Assembly: GCA_965228855.1 (NCBI GenBank)
Contig: CBDDIJ010000003.1
Span: forward strand, 2,464,001-2,528,000
DNA: 64,000 bases
Direction of reading: 5' to 3'
Origin: Candidatus Obscuribacterales bacterium
GTDB lineage: Bacteria; Cyanobacteriota; Vampirovibrionia; Obscuribacterales; Obscuribacteraceae
Shown piece after piece: positions 1-9,473 of this stretch. A program made the position numbers and the translations under genes. Position 1 is the stretch's first letter. Each line of letters begins with the position of its first letter. The notes below the pieces were generated by a model. The model had not been told where the DNA came from, searched no databases, and saw nothing but the letters and a program-made list of their open reading frames with translations.

Positions 1-676
1 TATCAGCATCGGTATCAGCGAGGTTGATGGCATTGTTCGCAGACTTACCCATTTTGGAACCGTCTATGCCCTTGAGCAAAGGCGTGGAGGTAAACTCCGG
101 TCGGCATTCCGGGAAGAAATCGACGCCGTACAGGTGATTGAACTTGCGAGCCAAACCACGCGCAAATTCAAGGTGCGATTCCTGGTCTTTACCGACTGGA
201 ACCAACTCGCCTTTGAACGTCAGAATATCGGCGCTCATCAAAACGGGATAACCAAGGAGCCCGTAAGTAGCCTTTTCACGTGCTTCTTCCTCATCGGCAG
301 CCAGCATGCGCACCATATCTTTGAGAGTAGGTTCGCGCTCAACCCAATTTTGCTGAGTAATCATCGAGAGCAACAAATGCAACTCTGCGATCTCTGGAAT
401 ACCGGACTGAACATAAATGGTCGAGACTTCCGGATCAATGCCGGCAGCAAGCCAATCAAGGGCAATCTCGTGTATGTTGGCTTTGATCTGGCTCGTATCT
501 TGATACTTGGTGGTAAGCGCATGCCAATCAACGATCGAAAAATAGGACTCGTATTCGGTTTGAAAACGAACCCAGTTGATTAACACGCCGAAGTAATGTC
601 CGAGATGCAGCCGACCAGTCGGGCGCATTCCGGACATGATTCTTTTGGTCTTAGTTTTTGAAAGTGTCGCCGACAA
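1..676 (-). CDS. trpS: Tryptophanyl-tRNA synthetase, 3' end beyond window edge (missing from the ORF track)
   Basis: Minus strand reads TTG-SATLSKTKTKRIMSGMRPTGRLHLGHYFGVLINW... (HLGH = HIGH motif) and, in the same frame, LKGIDGSKMGKSANNAI at about 41-55 (KMSKS-type motif). Confidence 0.95.
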   Translation of the reverse strand, partial: MSATLSKTKTKRIMSGMRPTGRLHLGHYFGVLINWVRFQTEYESYFSIVDWHALTTKYQDTSQIKANIHEIALDWLAAGIDPEVSTIYVQSGIPEIAELHLLLSMITQQNWVEREPTLKDMVRMLAADEEEAREKATYGLLGYPVLMSADILTFKGELVPVGKDQESHLEFARGLARKFNHLYGVDFFPECRPEFTSTPLLKGIDGSKMGKSANNAINLADTDAD

Positions 677-682
677 AAGTGA

Positions 683-811
683 TTAGCCTTCCTGCGAACG
701 GCCTTTTTTCTCCTGGCTCTTAGCAATCGCTTCGCGCACTTTGTCTTTTTTGCGATTTTCTTTTGCTTTTCTGCGAGCCTTTTTCTGTCTTGCGTTGTAT
801 TGAGCGGTCAT
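683..811 (-). CDS. Small very basic protein, 42 aa
   Basis: ATG at 811 preceded by AAGGAG; MTAQYNARQKKARRKAKENRKKDKVREAIAKSQEKKGRSQEG; stop lies 6 nt before the proposed trpS start. Confidence 0.6.
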   Translation of the reverse strand: MTAQYNARQKKARRKAKENRKKDKVREAIAKSQEKKGRSQEG

Positions 812-995
812 TCGAAATAAACTCCTTACAGTACTCTTCGAAGATAAGCCGGCGCGCCCGGCACACGGAGCCGTTATACGGCATTCGCCCGTGCAGTGAT
901 TCAGGACGGATTCTCTCGCGCCCAATCACAGCAATGAATATACCATGTCCAGCGCTTTGCAGCTTTAGCAGCCTTTGAAAAGCGTAATTTAGCCG

Positions 996-3182
996 TTACC
1001 TGGCTCTGAATCTTTCCCGCTCTTTGTTAACCCTCTCCATATCTATGGGAAGCATGTAACCGGCGGCAACAAGCAATTTGTCAAGCGAGATTCCCTGGCG
1101 GTTTGAGATGGCAACCATGTCACGGAGCTGATCGCCCGTAATCCTGCGCCGTTGCAGCAAATACTGTTCCAGCTCGAGTCGCCCCAGCAACAAATCGACG
1201 GTTAAGCTCATGACAGGGTCGGTATGCTCGATATAACCACGATCCAGACAGTATCTGTAACTTGCCAACACCGCCGATTCCGATCTATTAGAATCAGTCA
1301 ATACGAGTAACAGAGTTTTACCTCGCTCCGCATCGAGGAGAACTTGCTTTAGTAACTCATCGAGCTGAGAGTTCGTCAACGCAATTGAGCCGATGTTTGT
1401 AATTTGGAATGTGCTGACCAACAATCGTTCAATATCGATGCTGACTAGCGGCAGAGGGTCCGTGCGCCTCTCGTCGAATTGTTTCACCGGTATTTCCGGT
1501 GCCACTACATGCAATACCTCTTCGAATTCCGAAATATCAGCCTGAAAGTCAGCCAGAGCCTTCGCAGCAACTTCATCTAAATGATCGGCGAGAGGTTCGT
1601 TCAGAGTATCGTTCGGGTTCGTTTCCACCGCCGGCAAGTCTTGCGTCTGATGCGGTTTCTTGTCGCCGTTCTTGTTTTCCTTCTCAGAAGATCCTGAAGA
1701 GGAAGCCTTCTTTAATTGCTTCTTGAAGTTGTCAGCCACATCAGCGTCTTCGGCCGCTATAGTTTCACTGAGATTTGCTTCCTTTCTGTTCTTCGGTGAC
1801 TCATCATCATTGGGAGCTATCGGATCTCGAAGCAGGTCTATTATTTTTCTCTTCGGAACAGCATTTTGCGCTGCGACACCGGTGTCAGTTTTCAAAACCG
1901 GCTCAGCATCAGCTTTTGCAGCGACACCAACTTTCTGCCGCTCGTCGGCACTTTCCACCGCGATAGCTGGATCAATCGCTTTCAGTGGACCGGTTGTTTT
2001 TAAAGTGTCAAGGGAAACCGCTGGCTCTGCCTCTGTTTTAGCTGCACTTTTCGCCGCCGGTTTCTCAACGTCTTTGTAAGACTTCTCCCCGTCCTTCGGC
2101 GTCGATTTGTCGCCATCACGTCTTGCGACGGAGACGTTGTGCCAACCTGCAGTCTTCTCCGCTTTGGAAGAGATCTTATCATCGCCTTTGGCAGAAGCCT
2201 TTTCGCCGTCTTTGCCGGAACTATTCTTCTCACCTTCTGCGGTCTCGACATCCCTGGAAACAGCCTTATTGTCTTCCTGTCCGCCTTTCGGAGCGGTCTT
2301 CTCACCATCTTTTCCTGAAGGTTTGCCGGAATCCCTGGCGGAATTCTTGTCGCTGTCTTTGACTACTTTCGAAGAATCTTTAGCAACCGGTTTATCAGAA
2401 GCAGGTTCTGCCGATTGAGACGATTTTGTATTATCGCTTGCAGCCGGATTCAAAGCTCGCAATCCGGAAGCCGTGTCATCAGCGCCACGCGGTCTGGCGC
2501 GTGCACCACCGATATCAGTTGCATGAAACTCGACAGTGACGCCTTTGGCTGCGGGTTCGGCATGTTTGGCGAGTTCCTTACTTGCCAGCTTCACGAGATC
2601 GGTATCAACCGGTTCACTGAACGCAGTAGGTCGAACGACTTCGACTGAACGCGTTATCAGAAGCCGGTAAAGAACTCCGATAGTTTTCTTCAGGTCAAAC
2701 TGAAACTCGCGCATCGCTTGACGCATAGTTCGTCCGTCAGTGATCCAGCCCAGAATTGCATAGTCTTCCTTCTCGAGCGGCTGCACGTGCAGAGCCTCTT
2801 GCCACTCGGCAGTTCCAAATGTTCGAGATGGAACCACTTCCGTATTCAGACCGACATTGCTCTCGCGAAGAAATGCGCATTGATCGGAAAAACATCCCGG
2901 TTCGGACAGATTCAGGTTTATATTGCTCCGAATCGTGCTCTTGAAATGCGACGGCAGTTTTTCCACCACAAACTCGCCGTCTGTCCAGTTTAGAAATTCG
3001 CAGAGCGCATCCAGACCTTCAAGCAGTCCAAAAGTAGCGACCAGAAGATGACCCTCACAAACAAAGACATCGCCATGCTGACCGCCTTTGTTAATGCGCA
3101 GTCTGTAATTTTTCGTCGATTCGGCAGCAAGCAATTGCAATAGACCTGGCAGACTTATGTCTTCTAGGTTGCCTTCAATCAT
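996..3182 (-). CDS. DUF4388/PATAN-like domain protein with two winged-helix-like segments, charged low-complexity linker and degenerate C-terminal MshEN-like motif
   Basis: N-terminus MIEGNLEDISLPGLLQLL...G.V....G......G....DAL..FLNW.DGEF matches the DUF4388 pattern; C-terminus LEQYLLQRRRITGDQL...GISLDKLLVAAGYM. Confidence 0.75.
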   Translation of the reverse strand: MIEGNLEDISLPGLLQLLAAESTKNYRLRINKGGQHGDVFVCEGHLLVATFGLLEGLDALCEFLNWTDGEFVVEKLPSHFKSTIRSNINLNLSEPGCFSDQCAFLRESNVGLNTEVVPSRTFGTAEWQEALHVQPLEKEDYAILGWITDGRTMRQAMREFQFDLKKTIGVLYRLLITRSVEVVRPTAFSEPVDTDLVKLASKELAKHAEPAAKGVTVEFHATDIGGARARPRGADDTASGLRALNPAASDNTKSSQSAEPASDKPVAKDSSKVVKDSDKNSARDSGKPSGKDGEKTAPKGGQEDNKAVSRDVETAEGEKNSSGKDGEKASAKGDDKISSKAEKTAGWHNVSVARRDGDKSTPKDGEKSYKDVEKPAAKSAAKTEAEPAVSLDTLKTTGPLKAIDPAIAVESADERQKVGVAAKADAEPVLKTDTGVAAQNAVPKRKIIDLLRDPIAPNDDESPKNRKEANLSETIAAEDADVADNFKKQLKKASSSGSSEKENKNGDKKPHQTQDLPAVETNPNDTLNEPLADHLDEVAAKALADFQADISEFEEVLHVVAPEIPVKQFDERRTDPLPLVSIDIERLLVSTFQITNIGSIALTNSQLDELLKQVLLDAERGKTLLLVLTDSNRSESAVLASYRYCLDRGYIEHTDPVMSLTVDLLLGRLELEQYLLQRRRITGDQLRDMVAISNRQGISLDKLLVAAGYMLPIDMERVNKERERFRAR
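2052..2381 (-). repeat. Degenerate ~8-aa (K/R)D(G/S/V)xK repeats inside CDS 996-3182
   Basis: KDSSK, KDSDK, RDSGK, KDGEK (x3), RDGDK, KDVEK in the translation. Confidence 0.7.
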
Positions 3183-3440
3183 TTGTAGTTATACCTTCTC
3201 GCTTTCGGCTCTGTTAGCGGTTTTTCAGAGGGTCTTTTTGCAAATAAAATCAATAAGTGGTGGGAAAAAGATCTCTCTAAAAAGGGTCAGCCCGAAAATA
3301 ACAACCCATTCACGGTTGGCACGATGTTAATTTACAAAAGTTAATTAACACGCGAAGTGCTAGGGCTTGTGAGGAATTGGGTAGATACACACAAGAGAGA
3401 CCCATTACCACATCAATTGTATAGGGAGCTAGTACGAGTT

Positions 3441-4400
3441 GTGAGCACTCGAGTCACCGACGAAATGACCGATGAATGGTCCGAAACAGACTTTGACCCA
3501 ACCGATGACGACGAGTTCGGCGACGAGGAAGGTACTGCCACAACGGCAGGTAAGAAGAAGCAAGACGGATTCACCGAAGACTCCGTGAGACTGTATCTGC
3601 GCGAAATTGGCCGCGTGCGCATGATCAAGCCGGACGAGGAAATCGAGTTGGCGCGCCGCATAGCCAAGGGCGATGGCGAAGCGAAGAAGAAACTGATTCA
3701 GGCGAATTTGCGCCTGGTCATATCGATCGCAAAGAAATACGTCAACCGCGGTCTTCCGTTCCAGGACTTGATTCAGGAAGGAAATCTCGGTTTGATCCGT
3801 GCAGCTGAGAAATTCGATCACACAAAAGGTTTTAAGTTCAGCACCTACGCCACCTGGTGGATAAGACAGGCCATCAGCCGTGGTTTGGCTGATAAATCGC
3901 GTACCATCCGTGTGCCTGTGCACATGGTTGAATCAATCAATAAATTAAAGAAAACCAGCGCAAGATTATCACAAGAGCTTGGTCGCAAGCCGAACGAAGA
4001 CGAACTGTCAAACGCGATGGAACTGTCTGTCGGCAAGATACAAGAGATTCTCGCAGCCGATCGTGAGCCGGTCTCCATGGAGATGCCGCTAAACCGAGAT
4101 GAAGAAACCTATCTCGGTGACTTGATCGAAGACAATGAATCCGCCCGGCCGGATTCGAGCACGGAAGAGGAGCTTTTGCGCCAGGACATTGGACGAATGC
4201 TCAGCCAACTCACGCCGCGCGAACGAGATATCATGCATCTGCGCTACGGTCTGGAAGATGGACGGCAGAGAACGCTTGAAGAAGTCGGCAGGCTCTTCAA
4301 CATCACACGCGAGCGAGTCAGACAGATTGAACACAAAGCTTTCCGGAAACTGAGACAGCCATCCTGGAGCAATAAACTGGTCGGATATTTGGACGACTAG
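3441..4400 (+). CDS. RNA polymerase sigma-70 factor, RpoD/SigA family (no region 1.1; possibly group-2-like). Start uncertain: 3357, 3441 or 3465
   Basis: [11 protein letters not shown] (1.2), [35 protein letters not shown] (2), [16 protein letters not shown] (4.2); AGGGAG before the GTG at 3441. Confidence 0.95.
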   Translation: MSTRVTDEMTDEWSETDFDPTDDDEFGDEEGTATTAGKKKQDGFTEDSVRLYLREIGRVRMIKPDEEIELARRIAKGDGEAKKKLIQANLRLVISIAKKYVNRGLPFQDLIQEGNLGLIRAAEKFDHTKGFKFSTYATWWIRQAISRGLADKSRTIRVPVHMVESINKLKKTSARLSQELGRKPNEDELSNAMELSVGKIQEILAADREPVSMEMPLNRDEETYLGDLIEDNESARPDSSTEEELLRQDIGRMLSQLTPRERDIMHLRYGLEDGRQRTLEEVGRLFNITRERVRQIEHKAFRKLRQPSWSNKLVGYLDD

Positions 4401-4431
4401 TCCAGCTCAACATCTGTGCATTCCACTTTCG

Positions 4432-4466
4432 AACCGCGATCGTCAAAGGCGACGATCGCGGTTTTT
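4432..4466 (+). terminator. Intrinsic terminator of the sigma gene
   Basis: AACCGCGATCGTC-aaaggc-GACGATCGCGGTT followed by a T run. Confidence 0.85.
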
Positions 4467-4530
4467 GCTCAGCTTGAAAAGCATTAGATAAATGGCCTTT
4501 ATTAGAACCTCCTCAAGTTGATAACTTATA

Positions 4531-4638
4531 AGGGACTTCAGGTCGATCGGTTGCGCTAACCATCTCGGCTCCCCGCAGATGTTCGCGCCAACTCAACCCG
4601 ACTGTGGCACCAGGCAGCTCAGGAAACCCAGCTCATGA
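4531..4638 (+). promoter_or_regulatory. Candidate structured mgtE leader containing a 19-codon uORF
   Basis: Nested complementary segments; uORF 4579-4638 whose TGA overlaps the mgtE ATG. Confidence 0.3.
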
Positions 4639-6020
4639 CGCCAGCAACAGAGACAGAAACAACGAACTTGCTGGAACTCACCGCACTGGCGGATAGCGGG
4701 CAGCGTCAAAAATTGCGTCTGGTTCTAAATGACCTGCATCCGGCCGATCTTGCAGTCATGCTCGCTGACATGGATTTCGAGCATCGCCTGTCATGTTTTC
4801 GCCTGCTTGACTTAGACCACGCTTCGGAAGTGCTCGCCGAGCTGGACCTGGACGTGCAAGCCAATTTGCTGAAAGCGCTCGGCGACATTCGCGTTGTTCC
4901 AATCATCAGTCGCATGTCTCCTAATGACGCGGTCGACCTGCTCGGCGAGCTGCCGGCGGAAGAAGCCTCCGCGATTATCAGCCAGATTGCAGACACCGAT
5001 GCCAAAGAAGATCTAGAAGAACTTTTGAAGTTCGACCAGGACACGGCCGGCGGTATAATGTCGACCGACTATCTATCCGTCTTCGAAAGAATGACAGTTG
5101 GTGAGGCTCTTCTAAACCTGCGAGAAATGTACGCAGACCTGGAAGAGAATATTTATGACGTCTACGTCGTTGACGAGACGGACAAGCTCGTCGGGCATAT
5201 TGCCGTAAAGGACTTGCTGACAGCCGATCCGGCCCTGGTTATTTCATCCTTGATGGACGACACTGTCGTATCGGTTACAACCACGACGGACCAGGAAGAA
5301 GCTGCAGAAAAACTGGGACACTACGATCTATTGTCGCTGCCCGTTGTCGATGAAAACGGCACCCTGCGCGGGATTATCATGGCCGATGATGTCATCGATG
5401 TTCTCAAAGAAGAAGCGACCGAAGACATCTATCAATCGTCTGGTATTGCCAATCCCGGTGGCGATTCTCAAGACATGCTCGGCAGTCACGTTGGCAAGGC
5501 GTTCGGAGCGCGACTGCCCTGGCTCATCGCCACACTCTTAATCGAGTCCGGCGCAGCGACCGTGATCACTCATTACGACAGCGTCATCCGAGACACCGTC
5601 GCGGCAGCCTCCTTCATGCCGCTGCTGTCAGGTGTTACCGGGAGTGTTGCCACTCAGAGCACCTGCATTATCATTCGCGGAACCAAAGAGAAATCCAGTC
5701 TCAACGCAAAGATGATCGCGCGAAATTTGTTTCACGAGATGAAGGTGGGACTGCTCCTAGCCTTGCTCTGCGGGACGTTCACATACTTCTTAAGTCTGAT
5801 TATTCACCAATCACATCATCAACTTGGTATCATCGTTGCGCTCTCGCTGGTGTTGACGATGACAGTAGGTGTCACCATCGGCACTTTGATTCCGATGGTC
5901 TTTCAAAAGATTGGTATAGACCCGGCCCATGCCAGTGGACCTTTTATCACAAGCGTTCTCGACGTATCCACGATGACGATTTATCTAACTATAGTGCACT
6001 TCTTTCGCGCCATGCTTTAG
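4635..6020 (+). CDS. mgtE: Magnesium transporter MgtE
   Basis: MgtE_N (LHPADLA), TAGGIM plus CBS pair, membrane part RLPWL...GIDPAHASGPFITSVLD. Confidence 0.95.
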   Translation: MTPATETETTNLLELTALADSGQRQKLRLVLNDLHPADLAVMLADMDFEHRLSCFRLLDLDHASEVLAELDLDVQANLLKALGDIRVVPIISRMSPNDAVDLLGELPAEEASAIISQIADTDAKEDLEELLKFDQDTAGGIMSTDYLSVFERMTVGEALLNLREMYADLEENIYDVYVVDETDKLVGHIAVKDLLTADPALVISSLMDDTVVSVTTTTDQEEAAEKLGHYDLLSLPVVDENGTLRGIIMADDVIDVLKEEATEDIYQSSGIANPGGDSQDMLGSHVGKAFGARLPWLIATLLIESGAATVITHYDSVIRDTVAAASFMPLLSGVTGSVATQSTCIIIRGTKEKSSLNAKMIARNLFHEMKVGLLLALLCGTFTYFLSLIIHQSHHQLGIIVALSLVLTMTVGVTIGTLIPMVFQKIGIDPAHASGPFITSVLDVSTMTIYLTIVHFFRAML

Positions 6021-6071
6021 CGTGGCAAAGCCTCTTTGAGACTGGATTTCAATCCGATTAGGAGAATGGTA

Positions 6072-7619
6072 ATGACGACAACAGGACTCAGCCCGAGCGA
6101 CAGATTGACGGAAAAACGCCAGGTCTTAAGCGAGGCGGAGAATAAAAGTCAGAAGAAACAGAGCGGACGTGGAGCGCTGACCGCCAGACAGCGCATAGAG
6201 AAGTTAGTTGATCCGGACAGCTTTATCGAGATCGACAAATACGCGATGCACAATTGCAGCGACTTTGGCATGAACGAAAAACGCATGCTTGGCGACGGCG
6301 TCATAACCGGACAAGCGACGATTGAAGGTCGTCCCGTCTATCTCTTCAGCCATGATGTCACATTCGTCGGCGGCGCACTCGGAGAGGTTTTCGCGCGCAA
6401 GGTTTGCAAAATCATGGATCTCGCTTACCAAGCCGGATGTCCAGTAATCGGTTTAAACGAGAGTGGTGGCGCGCGCATTCAGGAGGGAGTGAAGAGTCTC
6501 GCTGGTTACGCAGACATTTTCTACCGCAACGTGAAGAGTTCCGGCGTGGTTCCGCAAATTTCAGTGATTTACGGCGCATGCGCTGGTGGTGCTGTTTACA
6601 GTCCGGCCGTTACTGACTTCACCATCATGGTGAAAGACAAGAGTTACATGTTTATCACCGGACCGGAGATTGTTAAAACGGTGACCGGAGAAGACGTGAC
6701 ACAAGAGGAACTTGGTGGAGCCGTCGCGCATAATACCAAATCCGGTGTCGCGCAATTACTCGCGGAAGACGAGGACGACTCGTTCGAACTCACTCGTCAA
6801 TTGCTTTCATACTTGCCATCTAACAACCTTGAGTCAGCACCATTCGTAGAAGTGGGAGACGATGCGATTCCTGCTGATGCTCATCTATTGGATTCGTTGA
6901 TTCCAAATGAGAGCACCAAGCCCTACGACATGCATGACGTTATCTCCAAAATCTTCGACTACGGAGAATTTTTCGAAATCGCACCACTTTACGCGACTAA
7001 CATCATCACCGGCTTCGCCAGACTGGGCGGGCATGTCGTCGGAATTGTCGGCAATCAACCGAATCGTCTTGCCGGTTGTCTCGATATAAACGCTTCGGTG
7101 AAAGCGGCTCGCTTTGTGCGTTTCATCGATGCATTCAACATTCCGGTCATCACTTTCGTGGACGTGCCGGGTTATCTGCCGGGTACATCACAAGAATTCA
7201 ACGGCATCATTAGACATGGAGCCAAACTGCTTTATGCCTATTGCGAAGCGACGGTTCCAAAGCTGACCGTCATCACTCGTAAAGCATACGGTGGGGCCTT
7301 CGACGTACTCGGATCTAAAAACGTCGGCGGCGACTATAACTTTTCCTGGCCGACAGGCGAGATTGCGGTCATAGGTGCAGAAGGTGCGGTCAACTTGCTT
7401 TATCGAAAGGAACTCAAGCAAGATCCGACCATCCACAGCAAACTCGTGGGTGAATATCGCGAGCGGTTCGCCAATCCTTATATTGCTGCAGAGGCCGGCT
7501 ACATTGATGACGTGATTGCACCGTCGGAGACGCGCAGGCATTTGCTGGCCGCACTCAATTTTCAGAAGAACAAACGGGTCGAGCGTCCAAAGCGCAAGCA
7601 TGGAAACATTCCGCTTTAA
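6072..7619 (+). CDS. Acyl-CoA (propionyl/methylmalonyl-CoA-type) carboxylase carboxyltransferase beta subunit
   Basis: [72 protein letters not shown] before the ATG at 6072. Confidence 0.93.
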   Translation: MTTTGLSPSDRLTEKRQVLSEAENKSQKKQSGRGALTARQRIEKLVDPDSFIEIDKYAMHNCSDFGMNEKRMLGDGVITGQATIEGRPVYLFSHDVTFVGGALGEVFARKVCKIMDLAYQAGCPVIGLNESGGARIQEGVKSLAGYADIFYRNVKSSGVVPQISVIYGACAGGAVYSPAVTDFTIMVKDKSYMFITGPEIVKTVTGEDVTQEELGGAVAHNTKSGVAQLLAEDEDDSFELTRQLLSYLPSNNLESAPFVEVGDDAIPADAHLLDSLIPNESTKPYDMHDVISKIFDYGEFFEIAPLYATNIITGFARLGGHVVGIVGNQPNRLAGCLDINASVKAARFVRFIDAFNIPVITFVDVPGYLPGTSQEFNGIIRHGAKLLYAYCEATVPKLTVITRKAYGGAFDVLGSKNVGGDYNFSWPTGEIAVIGAEGAVNLLYRKELKQDPTIHSKLVGEYRERFANPYIAAEAGYIDDVIAPSETRRHLLAALNFQKNKRVERPKRKHGNIPL

Positions 7620-7712
7620 ACAGCCTGCGCCCTGGTTTTCAAGCCCATAACCGAGTGGCGACTTGGTGTTGAAAGCATTAGATCACAAAAACCATTCTGC
7701 AAAACAAGCAAT

Positions 7713-8534
7713 CTATTTCTTAGACAATTCCGGATGCACGAGCGTAACTGGAAAGAGATCCGCTTCCGGATAAATCAGGCGCAAGTTTGTTGAAGCTGAA
7801 TCTTCGCTGTCACCATTGCGTTCCGACAAACTGGAGTTGGAAGCAAGAGGCGCATATTGACCCGATTCTACGCCCACCCCGCCATAATCCATCGCTGCAA
7901 GATTCAGCGATATTCCTGATTGAGGCAAGCGCGAATCGAAGCGATTGACCGGATCGTTAGCTCCGACTTTCTGTTGGATTTTCTGAATTACCGCAGCCGG
8001 AGCCGGACTCGGAACGCAGATTATTGCGCCGGTCAATGTTCCTTTTTTTGTTTGCAGTTTATTGACCTTGGTTATAAACGAACTGAGATATCGCGACGCA
8101 CGCTTGTCGAAATCCTTGCGCTTTTGCGGTTTCACCAGACGCGCAATCACCAGCGGACTGTTTTGACTGTTGTAAAACACGATGTCAAAAACCGGAATTC
8201 TGATTGGTACAAGAAAGCCCTGACGAACAACTTCTACTTTGCAGGACGTCAATCGAGAAATCGATTCCCACAATTCTCTCTGGCGATTGTAAAGACCAGT
8301 TCTGTGAGCCATCTCGAAGTAGCCGGAGAGTACATAATTGACAAGAGAGACGACATCTCGGGCCGGCTTTTTCCCATCAAATTCCAGAACAATATTTTCA
8401 CCGGCACGCTTCACGTCATACGGTGTTACAGAGCGTGGATTGGCGACAACAGAGAAGAGTCCGAAGGCATCGGTCTCCAGACATTTGATTTGAATATGGC
8501 GTGAAGAAAGCCGACTCATTTTATTTCCTGACAC
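7713..8534 (-). CDS. Hypothetical protein
   Basis: 273-aa ORF filling the space between convergent and divergent neighbours; no confident family. Confidence 0.65.
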   Translation of the reverse strand: MSGNKMSRLSSRHIQIKCLETDAFGLFSVVANPRSVTPYDVKRAGENIVLEFDGKKPARDVVSLVNYVLSGYFEMAHRTGLYNRQRELWESISRLTSCKVEVVRQGFLVPIRIPVFDIVFYNSQNSPLVIARLVKPQKRKDFDKRASRYLSSFITKVNKLQTKKGTLTGAIICVPSPAPAAVIQKIQQKVGANDPVNRFDSRLPQSGISLNLAAMDYGGVGVESGQYAPLASNSSLSERNGDSEDSASTNLRLIYPEADLFPVTLVHPELSKK

Positions 8535-8858
8535 AAGTATATTGAAGTGATCAATCGTGGTACATCTATGTTAACGACTTGAAATCGGCACCACATCAAT
8601 GAAAGGAGGACCAATCAAGTTATCCGACACATGCTGACCCACGGTCAGCTGATAATACTGTAAACTGGAAATAGGCGTGTAGGCGGCAGGCTCTTGCTTT
8701 CGATGGGGGAAAGCAATTGCTGGTGAGGGATGATAGCGCGGCTCCTTAAACGTATTAAAATCGATAAGACGCGATACTTCTCAAGCGCGCCCATTCGGGC
8801 CTACTTTTCCACGAGTCTTGAGTTCCAAACAGCCATAGGAAACTAGTAGCACAACGCG

Positions 8859-9431
8859 ATGACACTTATACCTTCTCGAACCAGTTTCAACATGTCCGCT
8901 GCCTCGGTTCTTACCGAGATAAAGAAGGGAGGCAACGAAAAGCGGAACGAATTCGTTTGGGTAAACCAGGAACGAGTTTACGCGATTGCGCTGATAGCCA
9001 CTGGTAGTCCTCAAGACGCACAAGAGATAACAATCGCGACTTTTAGAAACGCATTCGCCACCTTGAAAACGGCGTTGCCAAAGAAAGAGAGTGACATGAC
9101 CATTTGGGATTGGTTGTCACAGTTTGTCGTTGAAGCTTGCGAAGAATACCATGCGCGTCATTCTGACCCCCCGCAAGAACGCGACATTGATCCGTCCGCC
9201 GATGGGTCGGCGAACATGGATTGGGAAACCACTGTACTTTTAGGTGTCCAGAGAATAAGAAGATGTCTCGGCTCACTGCCTGAAGACCAGCAAAGGGTTT
9301 TCTATTTAAGGCATCACTTAGACCTCAACTACGATCAGATTTCGAGAGTCTTGAATCAGTCCAAGGAAATGACGATGGCTTCGCTTTTCCGGGCTAGAGT
9401 TCAAATCGTAAAGTGCCTGGGTCGAGGATAA
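8859..9431 (+). CDS. ECF-type sigma-70-like protein with degenerate motifs (alternative start 8892)
   Basis: Region-2-like RVYAIAL..TGSPQDAQE...F...F...WL; region-4-like LPEDQQRVFYLR...LNYDQIS.VL...LFRAR; directly upstream of a zinc anti-sigma domain gene. Confidence 0.8.
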   Translation: MTLIPSRTSFNMSAASVLTEIKKGGNEKRNEFVWVNQERVYAIALIATGSPQDAQEITIATFRNAFATLKTALPKKESDMTIWDWLSQFVVEACEEYHARHSDPPQERDIDPSADGSANMDWETTVLLGVQRIRRCLGSLPEDQQRVFYLRHHLDLNYDQISRVLNQSKEMTMASLFRARVQIVKCLGRG

Positions 9432-9473
9432 GTTGAATGCCCCCCATGATGATTTTGCAGGTAAGAATTTGAG

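Noticed and set aside
134..583. 149-aa plus-strand ORF
   Set aside because: Antisense shadow of trpS, which has clear motifs on the minus strand.
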